Part shown: one piece after another, positions 8,315-16,136 of the stretch
Layout of the letters: every line of letters starts with the position of its first letter
Position numbering within the stretch: the stretch's first letter is position 1
DNA from: an uncultured Deferribacteres bacterium
GTDB lineage: Bacteria > Zhuqueibacterota > Zhuqueibacteria > Zhuqueibacterales > Geothermadaptataceae
Assembly (NCBI GenBank): GCA_964014485.1
Contig: CAXHAT010000179.1
Location: forward strand, 1-16,187
Reading direction: 5' to 3'
Length of the DNA: 16,187 nt
The notes under the pieces: generated by a model
Told to the model about the DNA's origin: nothing
Database searches by the model: none
The model's input: the letters and a program-made list of their open reading frames with translations, nothing else
Position numbers and translations under genes: made by a program

Positions 8315-9359
8315 AAGTTCAACCATTGCCAGACCACGATTCCCGGTTGTCATGCGGCCGTCACGAAACATCGAAGGACGCGCTCAGCGTCATCCCCGTT
8401 CTAATACAAAATGCTTGGAAATCCCCCTTTTCAAAAGAGCAATCGCGCGTGCGGCGTTGTTGTTTTCTTTTTCGATTCTAAGTTTTACCCAAGCCTGCGC
8501 TCAATCCGACAAGCCTCCCGTAATAAATCAAAATGCACTATTATCTCACGTCAAATTTCTCTCGTCTGATTCTTTGGAAGGAAGGCGGACCGGGACTTCA
8601 GGAAACGAAAAAGCCCGCGACTACCTGACACAGCGATTCCGAGATTTGAACATCGCTGCTTTCCGGGAAAACTATGCGCATAAATTCAGCTTCGAAGTCA
8701 AGAAAACGCAGCGAAAGTTTGATGACGCAAAAAATATCATCGGCTGGGTTCGCGGGAGAAAGTCGCCGGATAAATACCTTGTCATGACAGCGCATTATGA
8801 TCACGAGGGCGTCAAAAACGGCCAGATTTATAACGGCGCAGATGACAACGCTTCCGGTGTTGCGGCGTTGCTGGAAATCGCCGCCTATTTTGCGCAGCAT
8901 CCGCCGGAGAATTCAATTATTTTCGCCGCACTCGACGCGGAAGAGCTTGGGCTGCAAGGGGCAAAAGCGTTTGTTGAAAATCCGCCGGTCAATCTGGAAG
9001 ATATTCTCGTGAATATTAATCTCGACATGATCAGCCGCAATGCGAAAAACGAGCTATACGTTTGCGGAACGCGCCACTATCCCGCGCTCAAGCCGCTCAT
9101 TGAAAAAGCCCCCGGATCGCCTTCGCTGAAAGTTCTTTTCGGGCACGACGACCCGAACGGCGATAAGCAAGACTGGACGTTTGCCTCCGATCACGGACCT
9201 TTTCATCAGAAAAAAATCCCCTTCGTTTATTTCGGCGTTGAAGACCACGAAGACTACCATAAGCCGACGGATGATTTTGAGAAAATCGATCCGCGCTTTT
9301 ATCTGAGCACGGTTGTTTTTATATTAAACGTTATGAAAGAATTTGACGCCAACCTTTAA
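8301..9359 (+). CDS. M28 family exported metallo-aminopeptidase
   Basis: LSSDSLEGR, AHYDH, NGADDNASG, AEELGLQG, INLDM, SDH and DYHKPTD. The start is uncertain: a signal-peptide-like segment suggests an in-frame start near the TTG at 8415 or the ATG at 8352. Confidence 0.92.
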   Translation: MQKAKSSTIARPRFPVVMRPSRNIEGRAQRHPRSNTKCLEIPLFKRAIARAALLFSFSILSFTQACAQSDKPPVINQNALLSHVKFLSSDSLEGRRTGTSGNEKARDYLTQRFRDLNIAAFRENYAHKFSFEVKKTQRKFDDAKNIIGWVRGRKSPDKYLVMTAHYDHEGVKNGQIYNGADDNASGVAALLEIAAYFAQHPPENSIIFAALDAEELGLQGAKAFVENPPVNLEDILVNINLDMISRNAKNELYVCGTRHYPALKPLIEKAPGSPSLKVLFGHDDPNGDKQDWTFASDHGPFHQKKIPFVYFGVEDHEDYHKPTDDFEKIDPRFYLSTVVFILNVMKEFDANL

Positions 9360-9374
9360 TTGCGAGGCTAAAAA

Positions 9375-9902
9375 ATGGAAGTCATCCACGCCGCCGAAAG
9401 CGTTGAGCAAAAGTCGAACGCCGAGGAAATCGCCAAAATCCGCAAGCAAATGCTCAGTCCGTGGAAAATGAAGGCTTACATGATGGCAAAGCTGCCGATG
9501 GGCTTTCTGGCCGGGCTGCGCATACGCGAATTGACGACGGGCAAATGCACCGTCAGCGTGCCCTACAAATGGCTGAACACCAACCCGTTCAAGTCGACTT
9601 ATTTTGCCGTGCTCGGCATGGCGGCGGAACTTTCCACCGGCGCACTATCCCTGATGGCGGCGCAACTTTCGGAAGGCTCAATTGCGACACTGATTACTGG
9701 CCTGAAAGCTGATTTTGTTAAAAAAGCCGTCCACGTAACGAATTTCACTTGTGAAGAAGGCGGCAAAATCTTCGCCGCGGTGGAAGAAGCTTCCGTCACC
9801 GGTGTGCCGACAACCGCTACGGTGAAAACCACCGGACGCTCAGCGGAAGGCGTTGTGGTTGCGGAATTTGAGTTCACCTGGTCGTTCAAAAAACGATCAT
9901 AG
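9375..9902 (+). CDS. Hotdog-fold thioesterase-like protein (DUF4442/PaaI-like)
   Basis: KLPMGFLAGLRI...VPYKWLNTNPFKSTYFA..MAAELSTG...ADFVKKA...FTC...FTWSFK. GAGG upstream. Confidence 0.8.
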   Translation: MEVIHAAESVEQKSNAEEIAKIRKQMLSPWKMKAYMMAKLPMGFLAGLRIRELTTGKCTVSVPYKWLNTNPFKSTYFAVLGMAAELSTGALSLMAAQLSEGSIATLITGLKADFVKKAVHVTNFTCEEGGKIFAAVEEASVTGVPTTATVKTTGRSAEGVVVAEFEFTWSFKKRS

Positions 9903-9903
9903 C

Positions 9904-10683
9904 GTGGCGGCGGTCAAAAAGCTTTCGAGCAAGCGATTCGCCGAATTTTCTCAAGCTTATGTCACCAGCAGCGGTCACGCGAAAGGCAAAGAGTTAGACC
10001 GTTTCGTTGAATTGGTCAAGCCGCAAAAAAAATGGCGTATGCTGGACGTCGCGACGGGCGGCGGGCACACTGCGCTCAAGTTCTCCCCGCTCGTGCAAAA
10101 AGTCGCCGCAGTAGATTTGACCCCAAGGATGCTCAAGACGGCCAGATCATTTCTACAAAACCAAGGGGCGACCAACGCAATCTTCACTTGCGCCGAAGCG
10201 GAAAAATTGCCGTTTGCCGACCAAACTTTCGACCTTGTTACCTGCCGGATTGCAGCACACCATTTTCCCAATTGCCAAAAATTCTTTCAGGAAAACGCCC
10301 GCGTTTTGAAAAATGACGGGGTTTTTGTATTTCAAGATCAAATCCTCCCCCAAAACCCAGCAACAGCCGCCTTTGTCGACGGCTTTGAAAAACTGCGCGA
10401 TCCGTCGCACAACCGCGCTTACAGTGAGCCGGAGTGGCGAGCAATGGCGGAGACCGGCGGGCTGGAAGTGATGCACGCCGAACGGATTATTAAAAGACAT
10501 GACCTGGTCGATTGGGCGAAAAGGCAAGGATGCTCCGCAGCAACGATCTCGGAATTATACCGAAGACTCAAAAACGCATCCAGAGAGATCGAAGAATGGA
10601 TGGCGCCCGAAGGGCTGGACACGTTGGCGACGGCTACTTTTGTGAACCGCCATCTCATTATGTCAGGCGTTCGGAAAAACTGA
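9904..10683 (+). CDS. Class I SAM-dependent methyltransferase (YafE/YcgJ-like)
   Basis: Motif I MLDVATGGGHTA, plus VDLTPRML, AEKLPFADQTFDLVTCRIAAHHF and EKLRDPSH. The in-frame GTG at 9904 immediately follows the upstream stop. Confidence 0.9.
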   Translation: MAAVKKLSSKRFAEFSQAYVTSSGHAKGKELDRFVELVKPQKKWRMLDVATGGGHTALKFSPLVQKVAAVDLTPRMLKTARSFLQNQGATNAIFTCAEAEKLPFADQTFDLVTCRIAAHHFPNCQKFFQENARVLKNDGVFVFQDQILPQNPATAAFVDGFEKLRDPSHNRAYSEPEWRAMAETGGLEVMHAERIIKRHDLVDWAKRQGCSAATISELYRRLKNASREIEEWMAPEGLDTLATATFVNRHLIMSGVRKN

Positions 10684-10697
10684 ATCGCAAGGAAGAA

Positions 10698-11339
10698 ATG
10701 ATTGGCGCACAGCACGATTTTCATGATGAAAATTTTTCCAAAGAATGGGCCGCACGCTTCACTCCAACGCCGGAGCGTCTGGCGTTGTTCGATCTCATTC
10801 TCATAGAGCTAAAGTCTCAATTGCCATCGGCGGGCTGCGTCGTCGAGCTGGGAATCGGGCCGGGTTACCTGGCTGACTTTCTCTTGGGAAAGCTGCACAA
10901 AATCCAATATTTCGGCCTCGATTTTTCCAAACCAATGTTAGACATGGCGGGTGGGAGGTTAAAGCGCGACAAGGACCGTGTTTCATTCATCGAAACCGAT
11001 CTTGTTGAAGACGATTGGCAAGAACGCCTGCCTGATCGTGTAGACGCCGTCGTTTCAACCTGGGCTTTGCATGATCTGGGCGGTTTGGTGCAAACCGAGA
11101 CGGTTTATGAAAAATGCGTTCAGGTTCTTGGGCGCGGCGGAATATTGCTCAACGGAGATTTTATCAAGCCGAAAGAAGCGGCTTTTGAATACGAACCCGG
11201 GCGGTTTGAAACCGCGAAACACCTTGAAATTTTGCGCAACGTCGGGTTCCAACAGGCAAAATGTTTGGCGCTGTTTGAAAAGGAAATCGAATCGCCGAAC
11301 GCTAGCCAAAACTATGCCTGTTTTTTAGGAATCGTTTGA
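10698..11339 (+). CDS. Class I SAM-dependent methyltransferase
   Basis: VVELGIGPG, GLDFSKPML, DAVVSTWALHDL and GGILLNGDF. The ATG at 10698 follows AAGGA. Confidence 0.88.
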   Translation: MIGAQHDFHDENFSKEWAARFTPTPERLALFDLILIELKSQLPSAGCVVELGIGPGYLADFLLGKLHKIQYFGLDFSKPMLDMAGGRLKRDKDRVSFIETDLVEDDWQERLPDRVDAVVSTWALHDLGGLVQTETVYEKCVQVLGRGGILLNGDFIKPKEAAFEYEPGRFETAKHLEILRNVGFQQAKCLALFEKEIESPNASQNYACFLGIV

Positions 11340-11425
11340 GCAGACTTGTTAGCAACCACTTTCGGGTTACCTTGCAAGGCAATTTAGTGAATGACTCGGA
11401 TTGTTGAATATATTTGGGAATTGTT

Positions 11426-11875
11426 ATGCCTAAACAAGAGCTTTCTCCAGACAATCTCATAAAACTAATGGAATTCCAATGGCAAGATCACTTCCAAACT
11501 CGGGCTCAAACCTGGAAATCTCTACAAATCGCCGCTATTTTAGCCGTAGCCTTAATCGGGATGGACTGGAAAATTGATAAGCCTATTGCAACCGGCGTTG
11601 CATCAAGCCTATTGTTTTTTGTTGCGGTTTTTGGAATGCTGATTACGATAAGACATCGAAATAATGTAGAAAGATTAAAGTTCCGTCTTCTTGGTGAGCT
11701 AGGAGTCCAACTAGGAATTAATGATCCTAAATTATCCATTCCAGACAAAATAAGCTGGTGGCAGGTATTCGTCGTATGGAAATCGAATACATCTTTGTTT
11801 ATTTTACGAATGCATTTCATTCTCTTAATCTTCTCTGTATCGCTATTCGTATTTAGGATTTTCTACAATTTTTAA
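11426..11875 (+). CDS. Hypothetical membrane protein (about 3 TM helices), low GC
   Basis: 149 aa from the ATG at 11426. Hydrophobic segments: LQIAAILAVALIGM, IATGVASSLLFFVAVFGMLITI and LFILRMHFILLIFSVSLFVF. Three sampled 60-nt lines are 33-42% GC. Confidence 0.75.
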   Translation: MPKQELSPDNLIKLMEFQWQDHFQTRAQTWKSLQIAAILAVALIGMDWKIDKPIATGVASSLLFFVAVFGMLITIRHRNNVERLKFRLLGELGVQLGINDPKLSIPDKISWWQVFVVWKSNTSLFILRMHFILLIFSVSLFVFRIFYNF

Positions 11876-12124
11876 TTTCTATTATATGTTATTTCGAGAG
11901 AGATGCAGAGTCTTTCTTAATGGCAATAAGATGTGCTGCAGTGCGCTCTTTAGACTTTCTTCAACTCTGCACCAAATTCCGCAAAATTACGATACTAACC
12001 CCCCAGACATTGCTCTGTCATTCTTTAAATCTGGCGATAAAAGCAACTCCGTGATGTATCGGAAGCACATATAAGGCTCCATAAGGTTCAAAATTTGTGA
12101 CCTTGCGAAACTGTCAAAGATCGT

Positions 12125-12153
12125 TTGCAAAAACGGGCTCTGATTTTTATGCT
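12125..12153 (+). promoter_or_regulatory. Candidate sigma70 promoter for the TRAP/oxidoreductase/MTase run
   Basis: TTGCAA (12125-12130), a 17-bp spacer, then TATGCT (12148-12153), 33 nt upstream of the dctP ATG. Confidence 0.45.
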
Positions 12154-12186
12154 TTTGGGGAGTTTCGTACTTGCTTCGGAGGAAAA

Positions 12187-13164
12187 ATGAAGAAGCGCTT
12201 TGGGTTGAAAAAAAGTTTGGTTTTCGCGGTTCTCGCAATGGGCTGCGGCGGCGATGAAGGCGTTGTCACCTTGAAAATGGGGCACGGCCTGCCCGTCACC
12301 CACCCGGTTCACAAGGCGATGGAGTTTATGGCCCAAGAAACGCTAAAAAACTCCGACTCCACGCTGGTGATTGAAATTTTTCCGAACGAACAATTGGGCA
12401 ATGAGAAGGAGCTTCTCGAAAAATTGCAGCTTGGCGCCGTCGCGCTCACAAAAGTTTCCAGCGCCGTTCTCGAAAGTTTTCGCGACCATTACAAAGTTTT
12501 TGCTCTGCCCTATATTTTCCGCGACGACGAGCACAAGTGGCGCGTTTTCAACGGCCCGATCGGTGAAAGAATACTCGCATCTGGGGAAGACATCAAACTC
12601 AAGGGTTTGGTTTATTATGACGCCGGATCGCGCAGTTTCTACTCAAAAGAAAAACCCGTTCTCCACCCGGACGATCTCATCGGCATGAAAATCCGCACGC
12701 AGCAAAGTCCGATGGCGATGAAAATGGTGGAAGCGCTCGGCGGCTCCGCAACCCCGATTTCATGGGGCGAACTGTACACTTCGTTGCAGCAAGGCGTGGT
12801 TGACGGCGCTGAAAATAATGAACCCAGCCTTTTCACTTCCAACCATTACGAAGTTTGCAAATATTACAGTCTCGACGAGCATTCAGCCGTGCCGGACGTG
12901 GTGCTCATCAACTCCAACGTTTGGGGCGATCTTTCTTTCGGCCACAGGGACGCGCTCAGGAAAGCCGCTGACGCTTCCGTCGAGTATCAGCGCCGACTCT
13001 GGCGGGAATTCGTCAAGGAAAGCATGGACAAAATGATCGCCGCCGGACTGGAAGTCCATCATCCGGACAAAACGCCGTTTCAGGAACGCGCAAAAAAATT
13101 GTGGGACGAATTTGACGGCACCGTTGTCGGTGATTTGGCGCGCGAAATTCAAAGGGTCAAGTAA
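12187..13164 (+). CDS. dctP: TRAP transporter substrate-binding protein (DctP family), probable lipoprotein
   Basis: IEIFPNEQLGNE, FALPYIFRD, GSRSF, DLIGMKIRTQ, LGGSATPISWGELYTSLQQGVVDGAENN. SD GGAGG at 12178-12182. Leader MKKRFGLKKSLVFAVLAMGC. Confidence 0.95.
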   Translation: MKKRFGLKKSLVFAVLAMGCGGDEGVVTLKMGHGLPVTHPVHKAMEFMAQETLKNSDSTLVIEIFPNEQLGNEKELLEKLQLGAVALTKVSSAVLESFRDHYKVFALPYIFRDDEHKWRVFNGPIGERILASGEDIKLKGLVYYDAGSRSFYSKEKPVLHPDDLIGMKIRTQQSPMAMKMVEALGGSATPISWGELYTSLQQGVVDGAENNEPSLFTSNHYEVCKYYSLDEHSAVPDVVLINSNVWGDLSFGHRDALRKAADASVEYQRRLWREFVKESMDKMIAAGLEVHHPDKTPFQERAKKLWDEFDGTVVGDLAREIQRVK

Positions 13165-13167
13165 ACG

Positions 13168-13662
13168 ATGATTTCGCGCTTAAAAACATGGCTTGATCGG
13201 TCGCTCGAACTGGCGACGGCGATTGTCACCGGCGCTCTCGTCGTGGACGTCACCTGGCAAGTGTTCTCGCGCTTCATTTTGAAAAACCCCAGCGGTTGGA
13301 CTGAAGAACTGGCCACTTTTCTGCTTATCTGGGCGGGCTTGCTTGGGGCGGCGCTTGCCTACCGCAGAAAAGCCCACCTCGGGATCGATTATTTCGTCGG
13401 CAAATTGAGCGAAAAAGGCCGTGTTTGGGCTGAGGCGATAGTGTGCGTCATCGTTGCCGGCTTTTCCGCCTCCGTGCTGCTTTGGGGCGGGGTCGAGTTG
13501 GTCGCGGAAACGCTTCAAATGGGGCAGACGGCTCCGGCGACCGGGCTTATGCTCGGCCACGTTTATATCGCCGTACCTTTGGCGGGCTTCTTTTTGACGA
13601 TTTACAGCGGCGAGTTTTTGCTCGCTTCGTTTCGTGAACTGCAAAAGCTTCGAATACATTAA
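13168..13662 (+). CDS. dctQ: TRAP transporter small permease (DctQ family)
   Basis: Four TM segments with WQVFSRF...PSGWTEELATFLLIW..LLGAALAYRRKAHLGID. It starts 3 nt after dctP. Confidence 0.93.
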   Translation: MISRLKTWLDRSLELATAIVTGALVVDVTWQVFSRFILKNPSGWTEELATFLLIWAGLLGAALAYRRKAHLGIDYFVGKLSEKGRVWAEAIVCVIVAGFSASVLLWGGVELVAETLQMGQTAPATGLMLGHVYIAVPLAGFFLTIYSGEFLLASFRELQKLRIH

Positions 13663-13688
13663 ACTTTTTGTTTGAGGAGAGACAGAAC

Positions 13689-14849
13689 ATGCGGAAAATC
13701 AGAATGGGGATGGTCGGCGGCGGCAAGGATGCGTTCATCGGCGCGGTGCATCGGATGGCCGCGGCTTTGGACGGGCAAATTGAACTCGTTTGCGGCGCTT
13801 TCAGCAGCGATCCGGAAAAATCGAAGGCTTCCGGCGCTGAGCTATACTTGCCGAAATCGCGGGTTTATGGCTCCTATTCTGAAATGTTCGAAAAAGAAAA
13901 AGCCTTGCCCGAAGGCGAGCGCATGGATTTTGTTTCTATTGTTACCCCGAACCACGTGCACTATCCGGTTGCCAAGAGCGCTTTGGAGCATGGATTCCAC
14001 GTGATGTGCGACAAACCCATGACCTTTGATTTGGAAGAAGCCAAAGCACTTCAAGCTCAGGTCAAATCGTCCGACTTGCTGTTTGGGCTGACGCACAATT
14101 ACACCGGCTACCCCTTGGTGAAGGAAGCGCGCAACATGGTGCAAGAAGGGAAGCTCGGAAAGATTCGTAAAATCGTCGTTGAATACCCGCAGGGGTGGCT
14201 TGCCACGCATCTTGAGGCGAGCGGCCAAAAACAAGCCGATTGGCGCACTGATCCCAAACGCTCTGGTGCGGCGGGGAGCATGGGCGATATCGGAACACAT
14301 GCTGAAAATCTGGCGGAATATATCACCGGCTTGCAAATTTCCGAAGTGTGTGCGGATTTGAGCATATTCGTGCCCGGCCGCTTGCTGGACGATGACGGCA
14401 ACGTACTTTTGCGTTTCGAAAACGGGGCGCGCGGCGTGCTCTACGCCAGCCAGGTCTCCGTTGGCGAAGAAAACGCCGTCATGATTCGCGTTTACGGCGA
14501 GACGGGCGGCTTGGAATGGCGGCAACAAGAGCCGAATACGCTCTGGGCGAAATGGCTGGATCGTCCAACAGAAATGATTCGGGCGGGCGGAAACTTCGCC
14601 AATCTTTCTCCTGCCGCTCTGCACAATACGCGCTTGCCCGCAGGACACCCGGAAGGGTTTATTGAAGCGTTTGCCAATCTCTACCGCAATTTTGCCAACG
14701 CACTCCGAGCCAAATTGAACGGCAACGAACCATCCGCCGCCGACCTCGATTTCCCAAGCGTCGACGACGGCGTTCGCGGCATGGCGTTCATTGAAACGGT
14801 CGTGAATAGTTCAAAAAGCGATCAAAAATGGCTGCCCTTCGCAAAATAG
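13689..14849 (+). CDS. Gfo/Idh/MocA family NAD(P)-dependent oxidoreductase
   Basis: RMGMVGGGKDAFIGAVHR, IVTPNHVH, HVMCDKP, WRTDPKRSG and GDIGTH. The ATG at 13689 follows SD GAGGAG. Confidence 0.93.
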   Translation: MRKIRMGMVGGGKDAFIGAVHRMAAALDGQIELVCGAFSSDPEKSKASGAELYLPKSRVYGSYSEMFEKEKALPEGERMDFVSIVTPNHVHYPVAKSALEHGFHVMCDKPMTFDLEEAKALQAQVKSSDLLFGLTHNYTGYPLVKEARNMVQEGKLGKIRKIVVEYPQGWLATHLEASGQKQADWRTDPKRSGAAGSMGDIGTHAENLAEYITGLQISEVCADLSIFVPGRLLDDDGNVLLRFENGARGVLYASQVSVGEENAVMIRVYGETGGLEWRQQEPNTLWAKWLDRPTEMIRAGGNFANLSPAALHNTRLPAGHPEGFIEAFANLYRNFANALRAKLNGNEPSAADLDFPSVDDGVRGMAFIETVVNSSKSDQKWLPFAK

Positions 14850-15955
14850 ACGAGAAAGCCATCAAAACGACGCAACGATTCATCATCGGCGATGCGAGCG
14901 GCATGGATGAGCTTGGCGACGCTTCCATCGATCTTGTCGTCACCTCGCCGCCGTACCCGATGATTGAAATGTGGGACGAAATTTTGAGCGCGCAGGACGC
15001 CCGGATTGCAAAAGCGTTAGCCCAAAACAACGGAGCGCAGGCGTTCGAATGGATGCACCAGATTCTGGACGGCGTTTGGCGCGAGCTTTTTCGCGTCGTT
15101 AAGCCGGGCGGGATCGTGTGCATCAACATCGGCGATGCGACGCGCTCTCTCGGCGGCGAATTCGAATTGTATTCGAATCACTCACGAATTGTGCAAGCGT
15201 TCCTAAAGCTTGGTTTCAGCAATCTCCCCAACATTCTATGGCGCAAACAAACCAACGCGCCGAATAAATTTATGGGTTCGGGCATGTACCCGCCGGGCGC
15301 CTACGTTACGCTTGAACATGAATACATTTTGGTTTTTCGCAAAGGAGGGAAGCGCGTCTTTAAATCTGTGCCGGAAAAGCTGAACCGGCGGCGCAGCGCC
15401 TATTTTTGGGAAGAGCGCAACGTTTGGTTCTCAGACGTCTGGGATTTCAAGGGGGTGCGTCAGGCTCTCGCCAATTCTTTTGAAAAAGATCTCCGCGAAC
15501 GCAGCGCGGCCTTCCCTTTTGAATTGGCGTATCGGCTGATCAACATGTTTTCCGTTAAAAATGACCTTGTTCTTGATCCGTTTTTAGGCACGGGAACGAC
15601 GCTCTTCGCCGCCGCCGCAAGCTGCCGGAACGCCGTCGGTTATGATTTAGACGAAGGACTCACCGCGCAGATTCCCAAAGCGCTCACCGAACAAACAGTT
15701 GCAGCGCTAAACAAGCGTATCGAACGACGTTTTCAAGAACATCATGCTTTTGTAGAAAAAAGAACGCAGGAAAAAGGCGAGCACGCTTTTAAGTATCGCA
15801 GCGAATGTTATGATTTCCCCTTGATGACAAGACAAGAACGTGAAATCTTCATTCATTTTTTAAAGAATATCCGTTCGCAAACCGAAGGCGTTTTTGAAGC
15901 AAGCTACCACGATACGCCGGCCCAATCTGCGACACGGCAAAAAACGCTTTTTTAA
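14828..15955 (+). CDS. Beta-class N4-cytosine DNA methyltransferase, M.MthZI/Zim-like (predicted CTAG)
   Basis: Catalytic motif IV (DLVVTSPPY) is N-terminal and SAM motif I (VLDPFLGTGTT) is C-terminal, giving beta order. The strings TSPPYPMIEMWD, KFMGSG..PP.AYVT.EHEYIL and SAYFWEERN.WFSDVW match the M.MthZI group as I recall it. Confidence 0.92.
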   Translation: MAALRKIDEKAIKTTQRFIIGDASGMDELGDASIDLVVTSPPYPMIEMWDEILSAQDARIAKALAQNNGAQAFEWMHQILDGVWRELFRVVKPGGIVCINIGDATRSLGGEFELYSNHSRIVQAFLKLGFSNLPNILWRKQTNAPNKFMGSGMYPPGAYVTLEHEYILVFRKGGKRVFKSVPEKLNRRRSAYFWEERNVWFSDVWDFKGVRQALANSFEKDLRERSAAFPFELAYRLINMFSVKNDLVLDPFLGTGTTLFAAAASCRNAVGYDLDEGLTAQIPKALTEQTVAALNKRIERRFQEHHAFVEKRTQEKGEHAFKYRSECYDFPLMTRQEREIFIHFLKNIRSQTEGVFEASYHDTPAQSATRQKTLF

Positions 15956-15997
15956 GAAACGCTGGCGCAACGCAAAACGCCGCTACAATTTTTGCGG

Positions 15998-16051
15998 CTC
16001 GTTCCCAAACTCCTGTTGGGGAATGAAAATGGGCGCGAAACTCCGGTTTCG
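15998..16051. repeat. REP-like double hairpin
   Basis: CGTTCCCAAAC-TCCT-GTTGGGGAATG (16000-16025, imperfect) and CGAAAC-TCCG-GTTTCG (16036-16051, perfect). Both share an AAACTCCnGTT core. Confidence 0.6.
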
Positions 16052-16053
16052 AG

Positions 16054-16136
16054 CCAAAGAAACTCCTGCTAAAGTCATTCCCGCGCAGGCGGGAATCCAG
16101 GGGCTGTGCGCGATTGACTGGATTCCCGCCTGCGCG
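16054..16136. repeat. REP-like inverted pair of the GTCATTCCCGCGCAGGCGGGAATCCAG type
   Basis: CGCGCAGGCGGGAATCCAG (16082-16100) is the exact reverse complement of CTGGATTCCCGCCTGCGCG (16118-16136). The second arm lacks the expected terminal GGAATGAC. Confidence 0.85.

Noticed and set aside
11886..12238. Short ORFs 11886-12074 (+) and 11987-12238 (-) as partners of the low-GC membrane gene
   Set aside because: No RBS or recognisable domain, and one overlaps the dctP start. I cannot support a two-gene system.
13842..14648. 268-aa antisense ORF, and similar shadow ORFs such as 3324-3944 and 13180-13659
   Set aside because: They lie wholly opposite well-supported genes and have no recognisable motifs.
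1439..14849. Phytate-to-inositol catabolic system linking the phytase, TRAP and Gfo/Idh/MocA genes
   Set aside because: The genes are about 10 kb apart on opposite strands with unrelated genes between them, and no iolE/D/B/C-like genes are present.
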